A stretch of DNA of 63,922 nt, counting the filler, from Deltaproteobacteria bacterium (lineage in GTDB: Bacteria; JAUYMQ01), in the NCBI GenBank assembly GCA_030698575.1. It is 7 parts of 7 records of this genome, joined end to end, with 100 filler letters (N's around TTAATTAATTAA, not from the genome) between each part and the next. Parts side by side here need not be neighbours in the genome. Positions count along the whole stretch, not along the records: positions 1 to 4,278 come from JAUYMQ010000324.1; positions 4,379 to 18,279 come from JAUYMQ010000330.1; 5 more parts are not named here. One strand, given 5' to 3'. Position numbers and translations under genes: made by a program. A model generated the notes under the pieces. That model saw nothing but the letters and a program-made list of their open reading frames with translations. It ran no database searches and had not been told where the DNA came from. The stretch's first letter is position 1. Every line of letters begins with the position of its first letter. This document shows, piece by piece, positions 1 through 10,287 of the stretch.

Positions 1-2
1 CC

Positions 3-2220
<2,218 letters not shown>

Positions 2221-2262
2221 GTCCAGGGGTGCCTCCGCTGCGCGTGAGGCATCCGACGCGCA

Positions 2263-2353
2263 TGTCATTGCGAGGAGGGCCGCAGGCCCGACGAAGTAAT
2301 CCCCTTCGCACTTGCCGGGGGATTGCTTCGTCGCTTCGCTCCTCGCAATGACA
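2263..2353. repeat. REP/RPE-like palindromic intergenic element
   Basis: TGTCATTGCGAGGAG..CGACGAAGTAATCCCC is followed by its imperfect inverse GGGGATTGCTTCGTCG..CTCCTCGCAATGACA. A half copy lies at 13061-13106. Confidence 0.8.
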
Positions 2354-2389
2354 AGTGATTTTCTGGGAGACTGTCAGTGGAGTTTTCAC

Positions 2390-3232
2390 ATGCGTGAAAT
2401 TCAGGCCAAGCTGATCACGGGCGCCGTCCGGCAGATGTGCATCGACGCCAACACCGACATCGGCGACGATATTCTGGGCGCCTTTGACAGGGCCAAGAGC
2501 ACCGAAGAATCACCCCTCGCCCTCAACATCATCGGCCAGATTGAAGAGAACGCCACCATCGCCGCGCGCGACAAGATGCCCTACTGCCAGGACACGGGTT
2601 TCTCCTGCTTCATGGTCGATATTGGCCAGGACGTGCACGTCACGGGAGGCGGGATCGAAGATGCCATCAACGAGGGCGTCAGGCAGGGCTACAACGACGG
2701 CTACCTGCGCAAATCGATCCTGAACGATCCCATCGAGCGCAAGAACACCGGCGACAACACGCCCGCGCACATCCACGTCGACATCGTCCCGGGCGACAGG
2801 CTTCACATCAAGTTCAGCGCGAAGGGGGGCGGCTCGGAGAACATGAGCCAGCTCGCCATGCTGAAGCCATCGGACGGGCTCGACGGTGTAAAGAAATTCG
2901 TGGTCAAGGTGGCGAGCGAGGCGGGGCCCAACGCCTGCCCGCCCATCATTGTCTGCGTGGGCATCGGGGGCACCTTCGACGGGGCGGCGCTCATGGCCAA
3001 GCGCGGCGTCTTCCGCGAAGCGGGAAAGCCCAACCCCGATCCTTTCTATGCGAAGCTCGAGCAGGAACTCCTTGCGCGGGTGAACGATCTGGGTTTCGGG
3101 CCGCAGGGGCTCGGCGGACGGACGTCCGCCCTGGCGGTGCACGTCGAGGCGGCGGCTTGCCACATCGCCTCGCTGCCCGTCGCCGTCAACATTCAGTGCC
3201 ATGCGCACAGGCACCGGGAGGTCACGCTATGA
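2390..3232 (+). CDS. Fe-S hydro-lyase alpha subunit (two-subunit class I fumarate hydratase / tartrate dehydratase type)
   Basis: PYCQDTG, KGGGSEN, NACPP, GPQGLGG, CHIASLPVAVNIQCHAHRH. Start taken at ATG 2390 because the longer ORF runs into the repeat element. Confidence 0.93.
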   Translation: MREIQAKLITGAVRQMCIDANTDIGDDILGAFDRAKSTEESPLALNIIGQIEENATIAARDKMPYCQDTGFSCFMVDIGQDVHVTGGGIEDAINEGVRQGYNDGYLRKSILNDPIERKNTGDNTPAHIHVDIVPGDRLHIKFSAKGGGSENMSQLAMLKPSDGLDGVKKFVVKVASEAGPNACPPIIVCVGIGGTFDGAALMAKRGVFREAGKPNPDPFYAKLEQELLARVNDLGFGPQGLGGRTSALAVHVEAAACHIASLPVAVNIQCHAHRHREVTL

Positions 3233-3801
3233 CGCAGGGTGTGGCGCAGCCGCTCAAGATCAAGGTTCCACTCTCCCGGGAGGACGTCCAGCGTCTGAAG
3301 GCCGGCGACATCGTCCACCTGACGGGGGCGGTCCTCACGGGCCGCGACGCGGCCCACAAGCGGATGTACGATCTGCTCGAGAAAGGCGAGCCGCTGCCGG
3401 TGGACCTCAAGGGACAGGTCATCTACTACGTCGGCCCCGCGCCGGCGAAGCCGGGGCAGGTCATGAATTCGGCGGGACCAACCACTTCGTCACGCATGGA
3501 CAAGTACTCGCCGCGTCTCATCGAAGAAGGCCTCACGGGCATGATCGGAAAGGGCTACCGAAGCGACGCTGTTGTGGAGGCGATGAAGAAGCACGGTTGC
3601 GTCTACTTCGCCGCCGTGGGCGGTGCCGCGGCGCTGATCGCCAAGAGCATCAAGAAATCGGAGGTGCTGGTCTGGGAAGATCTCGGCACTGAAGCCGTGC
3701 GGCGGATGGAAGTGGAGAATTTCCCTGCGATCGTGATCATCGACACTGAGGGAAACGATCTCTACAAGATCGGCCGGGAGAAATACGGAAAGCCGGGCTG
3801 A
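3229..3801 (+). CDS. Fe-S hydro-lyase beta subunit (fumarate hydratase beta)
   Basis: TGRDAAHKR, YYVGP, AGPTTSSRM, MIGKG, DLGTEA. ATGA overlap with the alpha subunit. Confidence 0.93.
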   Translation: MTQGVAQPLKIKVPLSREDVQRLKAGDIVHLTGAVLTGRDAAHKRMYDLLEKGEPLPVDLKGQVIYYVGPAPAKPGQVMNSAGPTTSSRMDKYSPRLIEEGLTGMIGKGYRSDAVVEAMKKHGCVYFAAVGGAAALIAKSIKKSEVLVWEDLGTEAVRRMEVENFPAIVIIDTEGNDLYKIGREKYGKPG

Positions 3802-3819
3802 AAAACCCGGCGGAAGGGG

Positions 3820-3848
3820 TTGTAGCGCCCGTCCCTATCTGCTTTAAT
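3820..3848 (+). promoter_or_regulatory. Putative sigma70 promoter
   Basis: TTGTAG-N17-TTTAAT directly upstream of the structured leader. Confidence 0.5.
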
Positions 3849-3856
3849 AAGACGTC

Positions 3857-3920
3857 AAAGCCACCCACGGTACCGATGGCGGCTCCGCAGGAGCCGTAGG
3901 CCCGCGCGGGTGGCTTTTCC
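3857..3920 (+). ncRNA. Structured 5' leader, candidate compact variant of the speF RNA motif
   Basis: Outer stem AAAGCCACCCACG/CGCGGGTGGCTTT and inner hairpin GCGGCTCC-GCA-GGAGCCGT flank an internal loop GGTACCGATG...AGGCCCGC. It lies upstream of a polyamine-related gene. The similarity to speF is from recall, not a covariance search. Confidence 0.5.
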
Positions 3921-3969
3921 TTTCATGCACGCGTCAAGGCCTGGAAGGCCGATGAGAGGAGGGTGAGCA

Positions 3970-4278
3970 ATGGCGAAGAAGTCCGATTTCATGAAGGTCA
4001 AGATCGAACAGCTTGACATGAAGCAGGTCGACGTGCGGCCGCTCGTGGACGGCATGGCGAAGACCGCGTTTCAGGCCCGAAATCTCGGCCGCGCCGCGGA
4101 GATCTACGCCCGCATGCTGCGTGACAAGGACTGCACCATCATCCTGACACTGGCGGGCTCGCTCTTCGGCGCGGGGCTGAAGAAGATCGTTTACGACATG
4201 GTGAAGAACGACATGGTCGACGCGATCGTTTCCACGGGCGCGATCATGGTCGACCAGGACTTCTTCGAGGGACTTGGT
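3970..4278 (+). CDS. Deoxyhypusine synthase-family protein (bacterial homospermidine-pathway type), 3' truncated
   Basis: TAFQARNLGRAA, LTLAGSL..AGLK, VDAIVSTGA..VDQDFFE match the N-terminus of DHS-like enzymes. GGAGGG RBS. Confidence 0.85.
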
Positions 4279-4378
4279 NNNNNNNNNNNNNNNNNNNNNN
4301 NNNNNNNNNNNNNNNNNNNNNNTTAATTAATTAANNNNNNNNNNNNNNNNNNNNNNNNNNNNNNNNNNNNNNNNNNNN
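4279..4378. other. Artificial contig spacer
   Basis: N44-TTAATTAATTAA-N44 (stops in all six frames). Confidence 0.99.
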
Positions 4379-4379
4379 C

Positions 4380-5246
4380 CGGGGCAGTTCGCCGCTCTTC
4401 CTGTGGGTCCACTTCCAGGATCCGCACGGGCCCTACGTGCCGCCGGACGATCTCGCGGACCGCTACCTCGAAGCCGAGCGCGCCGCGCCCGACGGACAGG
4501 TTCTGTTGTCCCTTTCGAATAACGTCCGCGGGATAGGGGGGATCCCGACCTATCAGGTGGTCGCGGGCCGCACGCAGGCCGCGGAGTACCGCGCCGCGTA
4601 CGACGGCGAGGTGCGCTACGCGGACGCCGAGATCGGCCTGCTGCTGGAGGGCCTCGCGGAGCGAGGGCTCACCGGGGGTGCCGTCGTGATCTTCGCCGCC
4701 GATCACGGGGAGGGAATGGGCGAGGGGAACTACTGGTTTGCCCACGGCGAGTACCTGAGCGACGCGCTTCTCCACGTGCCGCTGCTCATCGCCGGGCCGG
4801 GCGTCGCGCCGGGCGAGCGCCTAGACCTCGTCTCGCTCGTTGATCTGCTGCCTACGATCACCGGTCTTCTCGGCGTGGCGCCCCCGCCGGAGCTTGCGGG
4901 CCGCAACCTCTTTTCAGGCGGGCTGGACGAAGGGAAGGAGAGCGAGGAGCGGGCGGTTTACTTCATGAGCCTGCCGAAGGAATCGACAAGCCCGCGCTTC
5001 GGCCTGGCCCGCGGCGGGTACAAGTACATCGTGACAGCCGGGGAGGGCGGCCTGAGGGAGGAGCTGTTTGCGCTGGGCCAGGATGGCGAGAACCTGCTGG
5101 TGGAGGAGCAGGAGGAGGCGCGATCCATGGCCGCCGCACTGGCGTCGTTACGGCGGCAGTTTCCGGAGGCAGGCAGCGTGAAGAAGCGCAGCCTGTCGGC
5201 CACAGAGCGCGAGAAGCTTCGTTCGCTTGGCTACGTGTCGGAGTGA
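4380..5246 (+). CDS. Sulfatase-family hydrolase, 5' truncated
   Basis: FLWVHFQDPHGPY (read in frame from 4380), YDGEVRYAD, ADHGE, HG..L...LHVPL and the C-terminal LRSLGY tail. Confidence 0.88.
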   Translation, partial: RGSSPLFLWVHFQDPHGPYVPPDDLADRYLEAERAAPDGQVLLSLSNNVRGIGGIPTYQVVAGRTQAAEYRAAYDGEVRYADAEIGLLLEGLAERGLTGGAVVIFAADHGEGMGEGNYWFAHGEYLSDALLHVPLLIAGPGVAPGERLDLVSLVDLLPTITGLLGVAPPPELAGRNLFSGGLDEGKESEERAVYFMSLPKESTSPRFGLARGGYKYIVTAGEGGLREELFALGQDGENLLVEEQEEARSMAAALASLRRQFPEAGSVKKRSLSATEREKLRSLGYVSE

Positions 5247-5605
5247 GGCGTACGAGGGCGGGATCGGGGGCGCTGCATGTTCTCGATCTTCTTCGTCAGG
5301 TGATCGATAGTTTCCCGCAGCCGCTCAATCTCGGCGCGCTCGGGGATGTTCAGGCGGCGGAGGGCGGCGCGGATGCTCGATTCGATGGCGTCTTCCCATC
5401 CGCCGGGAACGCGCTTGAAGGCGTCGGCGAGCTTGTCCTTCAGTTTCTGGGCATCGGCGGAGGTCAGGTCGCCCTGCTCACGCGCCTTCCGTATGAAATC
5501 ATCGAGCTCGTCCTTCCCCACCGCAGCGGCGCCCACGCTCGCCAGCACGATCCGGCGCAGCAGGTCGCTGAGCCCCTCGCCGCTGTTGTTTTCTCGACCC
5601 GTCAA
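5231..5605 (-). CDS. Phasin-family (PhaF/PhaI-like) granule-associated protein
   Basis: LASVGAAAVGKDELDDFIRK...QGDLT...A and LRRLNIP.RAEIERL..IDHL patterns. Translationally coupled to the PhaR-like gene. Confidence 0.75.
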   Translation of the reverse strand: MTGRENNSGEGLSDLLRRIVLASVGAAAVGKDELDDFIRKAREQGDLTSADAQKLKDKLADAFKRVPGGWEDAIESSIRAALRRLNIPERAEIERLRETIDHLTKKIENMQRPRSRPRTPHSDT

Positions 5606-6234
5606 TTTCGTCCTCCCGCGGTCCTCGAAGCGCGCCGTTTGGCGCGCGGCTGCGCATCCAGCCGATCCACCGCATCGGCGAGCCGATCGACGCTGCTCCT
5701 CAGCCGATCGACATCCTCGCGGGCGGGGACGTCGAACCGGCGCGAGAGCTGCTGCAGGCGCTCATCGATCTGCCCCCCGATCTCCGTCTGCCCTTCCTTC
5801 ACCCAGTCGGCCAGGCGGCGGACCAGGGTCTCTCCCTCGTCGACGTTCAGTTCGCCCCGGCTGACGAGGCGCCGGACCGTCAGCTCCAGATCACCGCCGG
5901 CGTCCGCGATTTTCTCCACCCCGCTCGTGATTGAGCGCCTCACTACATCGAACAGATCGTCGCCCTTCTGGATGAGCTCCACCAGGAGAGGCCTCGGAAG
6001 AGCGTCACGGCCCTTTCGCTCGTTCTCGAGGAGAATCTGCGAGAGGGTGACGCTGGTGAGATCCTCGCTGCTGTCGTTGTCGACGACACGGATGTTCGAG
6101 CCCGACTTCACCAGCTCAGCCAGCTCATCGAGGGTGATGTAGCGGCTCTCCCGGGTATTGTAGAGCTTCCGGTTCGAGTAACGCTTGATGAGCAACGGTG
6201 AGTTGGGATCGTCGGCCTTTTTTCTGCGGCTCAT
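5602..6234 (-). CDS. PHA accumulation regulator (PhaR) DNA-binding domain fused to a phasin-like C-terminus
   Basis: IKRYSNRKLYNTRESRYITLDELAELVK...VVDNDSSEDLTSVTLSQILLE is the PhaR N-domain. The C-terminus has LVSRGEL..EG and DVPAREDVDRL. ATG 6234 overlaps the upstream stop. Confidence 0.85.
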   Translation of the reverse strand: MSRRKKADDPNSPLLIKRYSNRKLYNTRESRYITLDELAELVKSGSNIRVVDNDSSEDLTSVTLSQILLENERKGRDALPRPLLVELIQKGDDLFDVVRRSITSGVEKIADAGGDLELTVRRLVSRGELNVDEGETLVRRLADWVKEGQTEIGGQIDERLQQLSRRFDVPAREDVDRLRSSVDRLADAVDRLDAQPRAKRRASRTAGGRN

Positions 6235-6722
6235 TCCACCTTCACTTTCCGTGCACCACGCGACGGGCGCCCCTTCGGAGGCGATTGCGCGCCGAGGAGT
6301 TCCATCTGCCGGTCTATGATAGCCTTTACCGAGCGAAAGGTCTGTGCAAGAATCGCGGCATCTTTTCCCAGGGCGCCGGCTTCGAGACGCTCGATCTCCT
6401 TGGCGAGCGCTTCCTGCACCGTTGCGAGAGTCTCCCGCTTGATGGCTCGCGAGGGGTCGTCGCCGAGTTTGCGCAGCCGGCTTGCCGCCGAGTCGATCAA
6501 TTCGCGGAGGAGGCGCCATCCGGCCGCTCCGCCGCTGTCCGTCCCCTCACTTCCCTCAGACCGAAGTTCTGCTACGTCGATGGGCACACTCACGGCGACC
6601 CGCAACGCGAGCAGCAGCTCCACGCCCGCGTTGGCCAGGTGGGCCTGCCCCTCGTCCCAGCGTCCCTCGAGGATCTCCGTGATCGCGGCGCCTCGCGCCT
6701 TGGACTTTCGTTTCGGACTCAT
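6231..6722 (-). CDS. Hypothetical helical protein (163 aa) ending in RKVKVE
   Basis: ATGA-coupled at both ends within the operon and predicted helical. Confidence 0.7.
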   Translation of the reverse strand: MSPKRKSKARGAAITEILEGRWDEGQAHLANAGVELLLALRVAVSVPIDVAELRSEGSEGTDSGGAAGWRLLRELIDSAASRLRKLGDDPSRAIKRETLATVQEALAKEIERLEAGALGKDAAILAQTFRSVKAIIDRQMELLGAQSPPKGRPSRGARKVKVE

Positions 6723-7891
6723 TTCTTGCGCCCCTCGAAGATGATGAGGAATCGACCCTGCTCGAGCTTGGCTCGCTTCACCTCAAGCCCGACAAGCGCC
6801 CTCGGAAGCTGGATGCTTCGCTTCACGTTGTTCACCCGCAGGATGAGATCGTCGCCCTTCACCCATAGCTCGACGTTCTCCTTCACGGCGAAGGGGAGGT
6901 GAATCGTCATGCGGTACTCGCCGTTCTTCTTGGAAACCTCGAAGGGCTTCTCCGTGTGATAGATCGAGGCCGGATCCTCGTTTCCGAAAACCTCCAGCGC
7001 CGCGTCTCCGAGCAATTCGACGCCGCCAATTTCGCGGGGAAACAGCGGGACCTGGAGGATCGGCAACGGCGAGAAGCAGGCGTCGGCGGTCTTCATGTGC
7101 TCGGTCTGGATATCCCGCCAGCCCGCCATGTAGGGGTCCTGCAGATCTTTCGGGAGAACCCGGTTGGCGAAAACGCAGTCGACGGAGAAGCCGTAAAGCG
7201 ACAGGTAGGTGAGCGCGCGCTGGCTCTCCTTGATCACCATGCGCTCGGGGTTGAATACCAGCCGGATCGAGGCCTTCCCCGCGTCGCTCAGCAGATCCTT
7301 CATTCCCTTCAGCCGGAGATAGAGCCTCTCGACGTTGTCGTAGACATCTTCCGTCGGCAGCGGAACCTTCATGATGCGCTCCGCCACCGGCTTGAAGGCT
7401 TTCACCAGCTTCCGCTCGATGTGGAAAAATTTCTCCATGTACCAGCCCGCCACCTCGGGGAAGCTCAGCATTCGCATCGTGCTCCCCGTGGGCGCGCAGT
7501 CGATGATGGCAAGGTCGTAGTCGCCCGACTCGGCGAACTCCCGGAGCTTCAGGAGGCTGAACAGCTCCTCCATTCCGGGGAAGAGCGCCATCTCCTCGGC
7601 GATGACATCCTCGAAACCTTGTCGCTTCAGGAATTCGGTGAGGTAGGCGTGGATCTTGTCCCAGTTGACCTGCAGCTCCCGGTTGACGTCCAGCTCCTGC
7701 GCCCAGAGCCGCGGGGCGATTTTGACGAGATCGTGGCCCAGCGGCCGATCCAGCGCGTCGGCAAGGCTGTGCGCCGAATCCGTCGAGATGACGACGGTGC
7801 GGTGGCCCAGTTCGGCGGCGCGCACGGCAGTCATGGCCGAAATGGTCGTCTTCCCGACGCCGCCTTTTCCCGTGTAGAGAATGATTCGCAT
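6719..7891 (-). CDS. ArsA/Get3-family ATPase with C-terminal Hsp20/alpha-crystallin-like domain
   Basis: TGKGGVGKTT, STDSAHSL, FPGMEELFSL, DCAPTG, and a beta-rich C-terminus (HLPFAVKENVELWVKGDDLILRVNNVKRSIQLPRAL). An alternative start lies at 7915. Confidence 0.9.
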   Translation of the reverse strand: MRIILYTGKGGVGKTTISAMTAVRAAELGHRTVVISTDSAHSLADALDRPLGHDLVKIAPRLWAQELDVNRELQVNWDKIHAYLTEFLKRQGFEDVIAEEMALFPGMEELFSLLKLREFAESGDYDLAIIDCAPTGSTMRMLSFPEVAGWYMEKFFHIERKLVKAFKPVAERIMKVPLPTEDVYDNVERLYLRLKGMKDLLSDAGKASIRLVFNPERMVIKESQRALTYLSLYGFSVDCVFANRVLPKDLQDPYMAGWRDIQTEHMKTADACFSPLPILQVPLFPREIGGVELLGDAALEVFGNEDPASIYHTEKPFEVSKKNGEYRMTIHLPFAVKENVELWVKGDDLILRVNNVKRSIQLPRALVGLEVKRAKLEQGRFLIIFEGRKK

Positions 7892-7932
7892 GCGATCCCT
7901 TGACCTCGGATCCACTTCGGCCGGCGGCCCCT

Positions 7933-9099
7933 TCAGGCCGCGAAGAGGTGCTGGTTCAAAAGGCTCAGCCCGTCGAAATCGTGCACGTCGAGGGGAAACA
8001 GCGGCACGCTCAGGAGCCCCACGCCCCTGTCGAGAGAGCCCGCAAGCGTTTCGATGTTGCGCGAATCCCTCTCGGCCATCGCCTGGTGCCTTGCCAAATT
8101 TAGCAGGAGTTTGGACGCCGTGCTGCGGAAACCATCGAACCCCGCGGCTTCGGCCATGCGCGCGGCGGCTTCTTGCCGCCCCTGGTCCGAGAGCAGCGGA
8201 CCCCCCGGACCAGCTGCGCTCCCCGCGAGAGGGCGGTGCACCTTGTTTACGATGACCGCGTCGACGTGCATTTTGTGCTCGACGAGCTTGTTGTAGAAGA
8301 AAACCGTCTCGTCGAGAAGCCGCCGGTTCGGGCTGGTGACCAGGAGAAAGCCGGTGTCCCTGTCCGCTAGGAGCGCCTTCACGCGCTTGGCCCGCTGATT
8401 GAAGCCGTCGTACATTCCCTCGAAGGAAAGAATGAAGTCCGAGATGTCCTTCAGGAACTCCATCCCCGTGACCTTTTCCAGCACCCCGAAGACGCTGCTC
8501 GTGCCCTTGCGGAACACCTTGAAGCCGAGCTGCCCTGCCATCAGATAGGGCTTCACGAGCCAGTGAATGACCTTTCCTTCCAGGAAGGCGGTGATCCGGT
8601 CCGGCGCCTCGAGAAAATCGAGGGCGTGCCGGGTGGGCGGCGTGTCGAGGACGATGAGATCCGCGTCTTCGGTCGAGTGAAGGTCGAAGAGCTTTTCCAT
8701 CGCCATGTACTCGCGGCTGCCCGACAGCGTTTCCGAGAGTTGCTGGTAGATCGGATTTCCGAGAATTGCGTCGCGCATCTCGACGTTGAGCGCGAAGCGC
8801 TCGACGAGATCGTCGAAGGTTCGCTTCGTGTCCACCATCATTGCGCGGAGTTCTCCTTTGAGCGGGACTCCCGCCTTTTCGAACTTCCGCCTTGGCACCG
8901 CCCGCACCTCGTTGCCGAATTCGGAGACTCCGAGCGCGTTCGCCAGCCGGCGGGCGGGATCGATCGTGAGAACGAGAGTGCGCTGTCCCAGCATTGCCGC
9001 CCGGATGGCGATTGCCGCCGCGGTCGTGGTCTTACCGACGCCGCCGGCGCCGCAACAGACGAGTATCTTCTTCTCCTGCAGGAGCGCGTCGAGATTCAT
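7933..9099 (-). CDS. ArsA/Get3-family ATPase (Rv3680/BagB-like)
   Basis: CGAGGVGKTT, TIDPARRLANALG, SGSREYMAMEKL, VLDTPPTRHALDFLEAP. Confidence 0.9.
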   Translation of the reverse strand: MNLDALLQEKKILVCCGAGGVGKTTTAAAIAIRAAMLGQRTLVLTIDPARRLANALGVSEFGNEVRAVPRRKFEKAGVPLKGELRAMMVDTKRTFDDLVERFALNVEMRDAILGNPIYQQLSETLSGSREYMAMEKLFDLHSTEDADLIVLDTPPTRHALDFLEAPDRITAFLEGKVIHWLVKPYLMAGQLGFKVFRKGTSSVFGVLEKVTGMEFLKDISDFILSFEGMYDGFNQRAKRVKALLADRDTGFLLVTSPNRRLLDETVFFYNKLVEHKMHVDAVIVNKVHRPLAGSAAGPGGPLLSDQGRQEAAARMAEAAGFDGFRSTASKLLLNLARHQAMAERDSRNIETLAGSLDRGVGLLSVPLFPLDVHDFDGLSLLNQHLFAA

Positions 9100-10076
9100 G
9101 GCGTGTTGCTCTCGTCGATGATGATCTCGCCGAGCCCGCGGAGATCCTCGATCGAGAGATCGGTTTGATAGACGAAGGGGAGCTGGATGGTGCGCTTCCG
9201 CACGCGCGCCCGAAGGCGGCGGATGTGGTGAACATTCAGGGCCTGGCGCGCTATCGCATCCTTTCCGATCCGGATGAGAGCGGCGGCGTCGAGCCCCTCG
9301 CCGAGGGTTTGCGACAGTCGGTCCAGCGCCTCCGGGTCGGCTTCGAGCTTTTCGATGGCGGCGGCGTCGCTACTGTCGAAGAGCCTGGGGGCGACCCCGT
9401 TGACGATCACCAGTTCGAAGGGGACCTTCAGTTTTTCGTCCGCCGCCTTCGCCATCTCCGCGGCCTCGTTCACGGGCAGCTCCTCGGGGAGGGTCACGAG
9501 TATGAGACGCGTCCGCGCCGGGTCCTCGATAAGATCTCGCACCCACTGACTATGCGTTCGGGGCGGGCCGAACCTTATCGCCTTCACGAAAGCGCCCGGC
9601 GTCTGCAGGAAGCCGAGCCCTTGCCCCGTGGCGGGCGCATCGACGATGATCAGGTCGTATTTCGGGCGGTTGGACCCGGCCTCCCGCTGGCTTTCGAGAT
9701 GCCAGACCTTCCCGAGCGTGATGAGATCGCGGAAACCGGGCGCCACCTCGACGAGCTGCTTGAACAACGGATTGTGCGAGATGAGGCGGACCAGGCGGCG
9801 CGAGGGGAGCTGGGTCTCGAGGTATTCCTCCAGCGCCCGGTAGGGGTGGAGGTTGATGGCCCAGATGTTCTCGTCGACGGGTACTTCGTTGTGGCCGGCG
9901 GGCTGGGCGCCGAAGATCCGAGAGAAGTGCTCGCGCGGCCCGATCTCGACCAGAAGGACCCGCTTCCCGCGCTTCGCCGCCGCCAGCGCCAGTGCGGCGC
10001 TCACGGTCGTCTTTCCGACCCCCCCCTTGCCCGTGACGAGCAGGAGCCGCATCGCGAGCGGGGAGGCAGCTTTCAT
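9096..10076 (-). CDS. ArsA/Get3-family ATPase (Rv3679/BagA-like)
   Basis: TGKGGVGKTT, APGFRDLITLGK, VDAPATG, VTLPEELPVNE. Confidence 0.88.
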   Translation of the reverse strand: MKAASPLAMRLLLVTGKGGVGKTTVSAALALAAAKRGKRVLLVEIGPREHFSRIFGAQPAGHNEVPVDENIWAINLHPYRALEEYLETQLPSRRLVRLISHNPLFKQLVEVAPGFRDLITLGKVWHLESQREAGSNRPKYDLIIVDAPATGQGLGFLQTPGAFVKAIRFGPPRTHSQWVRDLIEDPARTRLILVTLPEELPVNEAAEMAKAADEKLKVPFELVIVNGVAPRLFDSSDAAAIEKLEADPEALDRLSQTLGEGLDAAALIRIGKDAIARQALNVHHIRRLRARVRKRTIQLPFVYQTDLSIEDLRGLGEIIIDESNTP

Positions 10077-10154
10077 TCTGGCCCCTTGCAGCTCCGCCCC
10101 CTTCCACCCGATCCGTGACAAGCGCAAGGCCGCCCGGCAGACACCCCCAAAAGC

Positions 10155-10183
10155 GAATTAACACGGTGCGTCAGGACTGTCAA
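10155..10183 (-). promoter_or_regulatory. Putative sigma70 promoter of the ArsA/PhaR/phasin operon
   Basis: Minus strand TTGACA-N17-TAATTC with a TG just upstream of the -10. Confidence 0.6.
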
Positions 10184-10287
10184 GCAGGGCAGCCGGGGCA
10201 CCACGCGCCAGAGCCTTAAGAATCATCCCCGAATGGCCGATTCTTTATTCAGGCGCCCGGCACCCGTGCGCCACCGTCGGAGCCTGC

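Noticed and set aside
6719-10076. Arsenic-resistance operon (arsA x3)
   Set aside because: These are single-domain Get3-like proteins with no arsB/acr3/arsC/arsD/arsR on the contig. The neighbours are phasin and PhaR genes.
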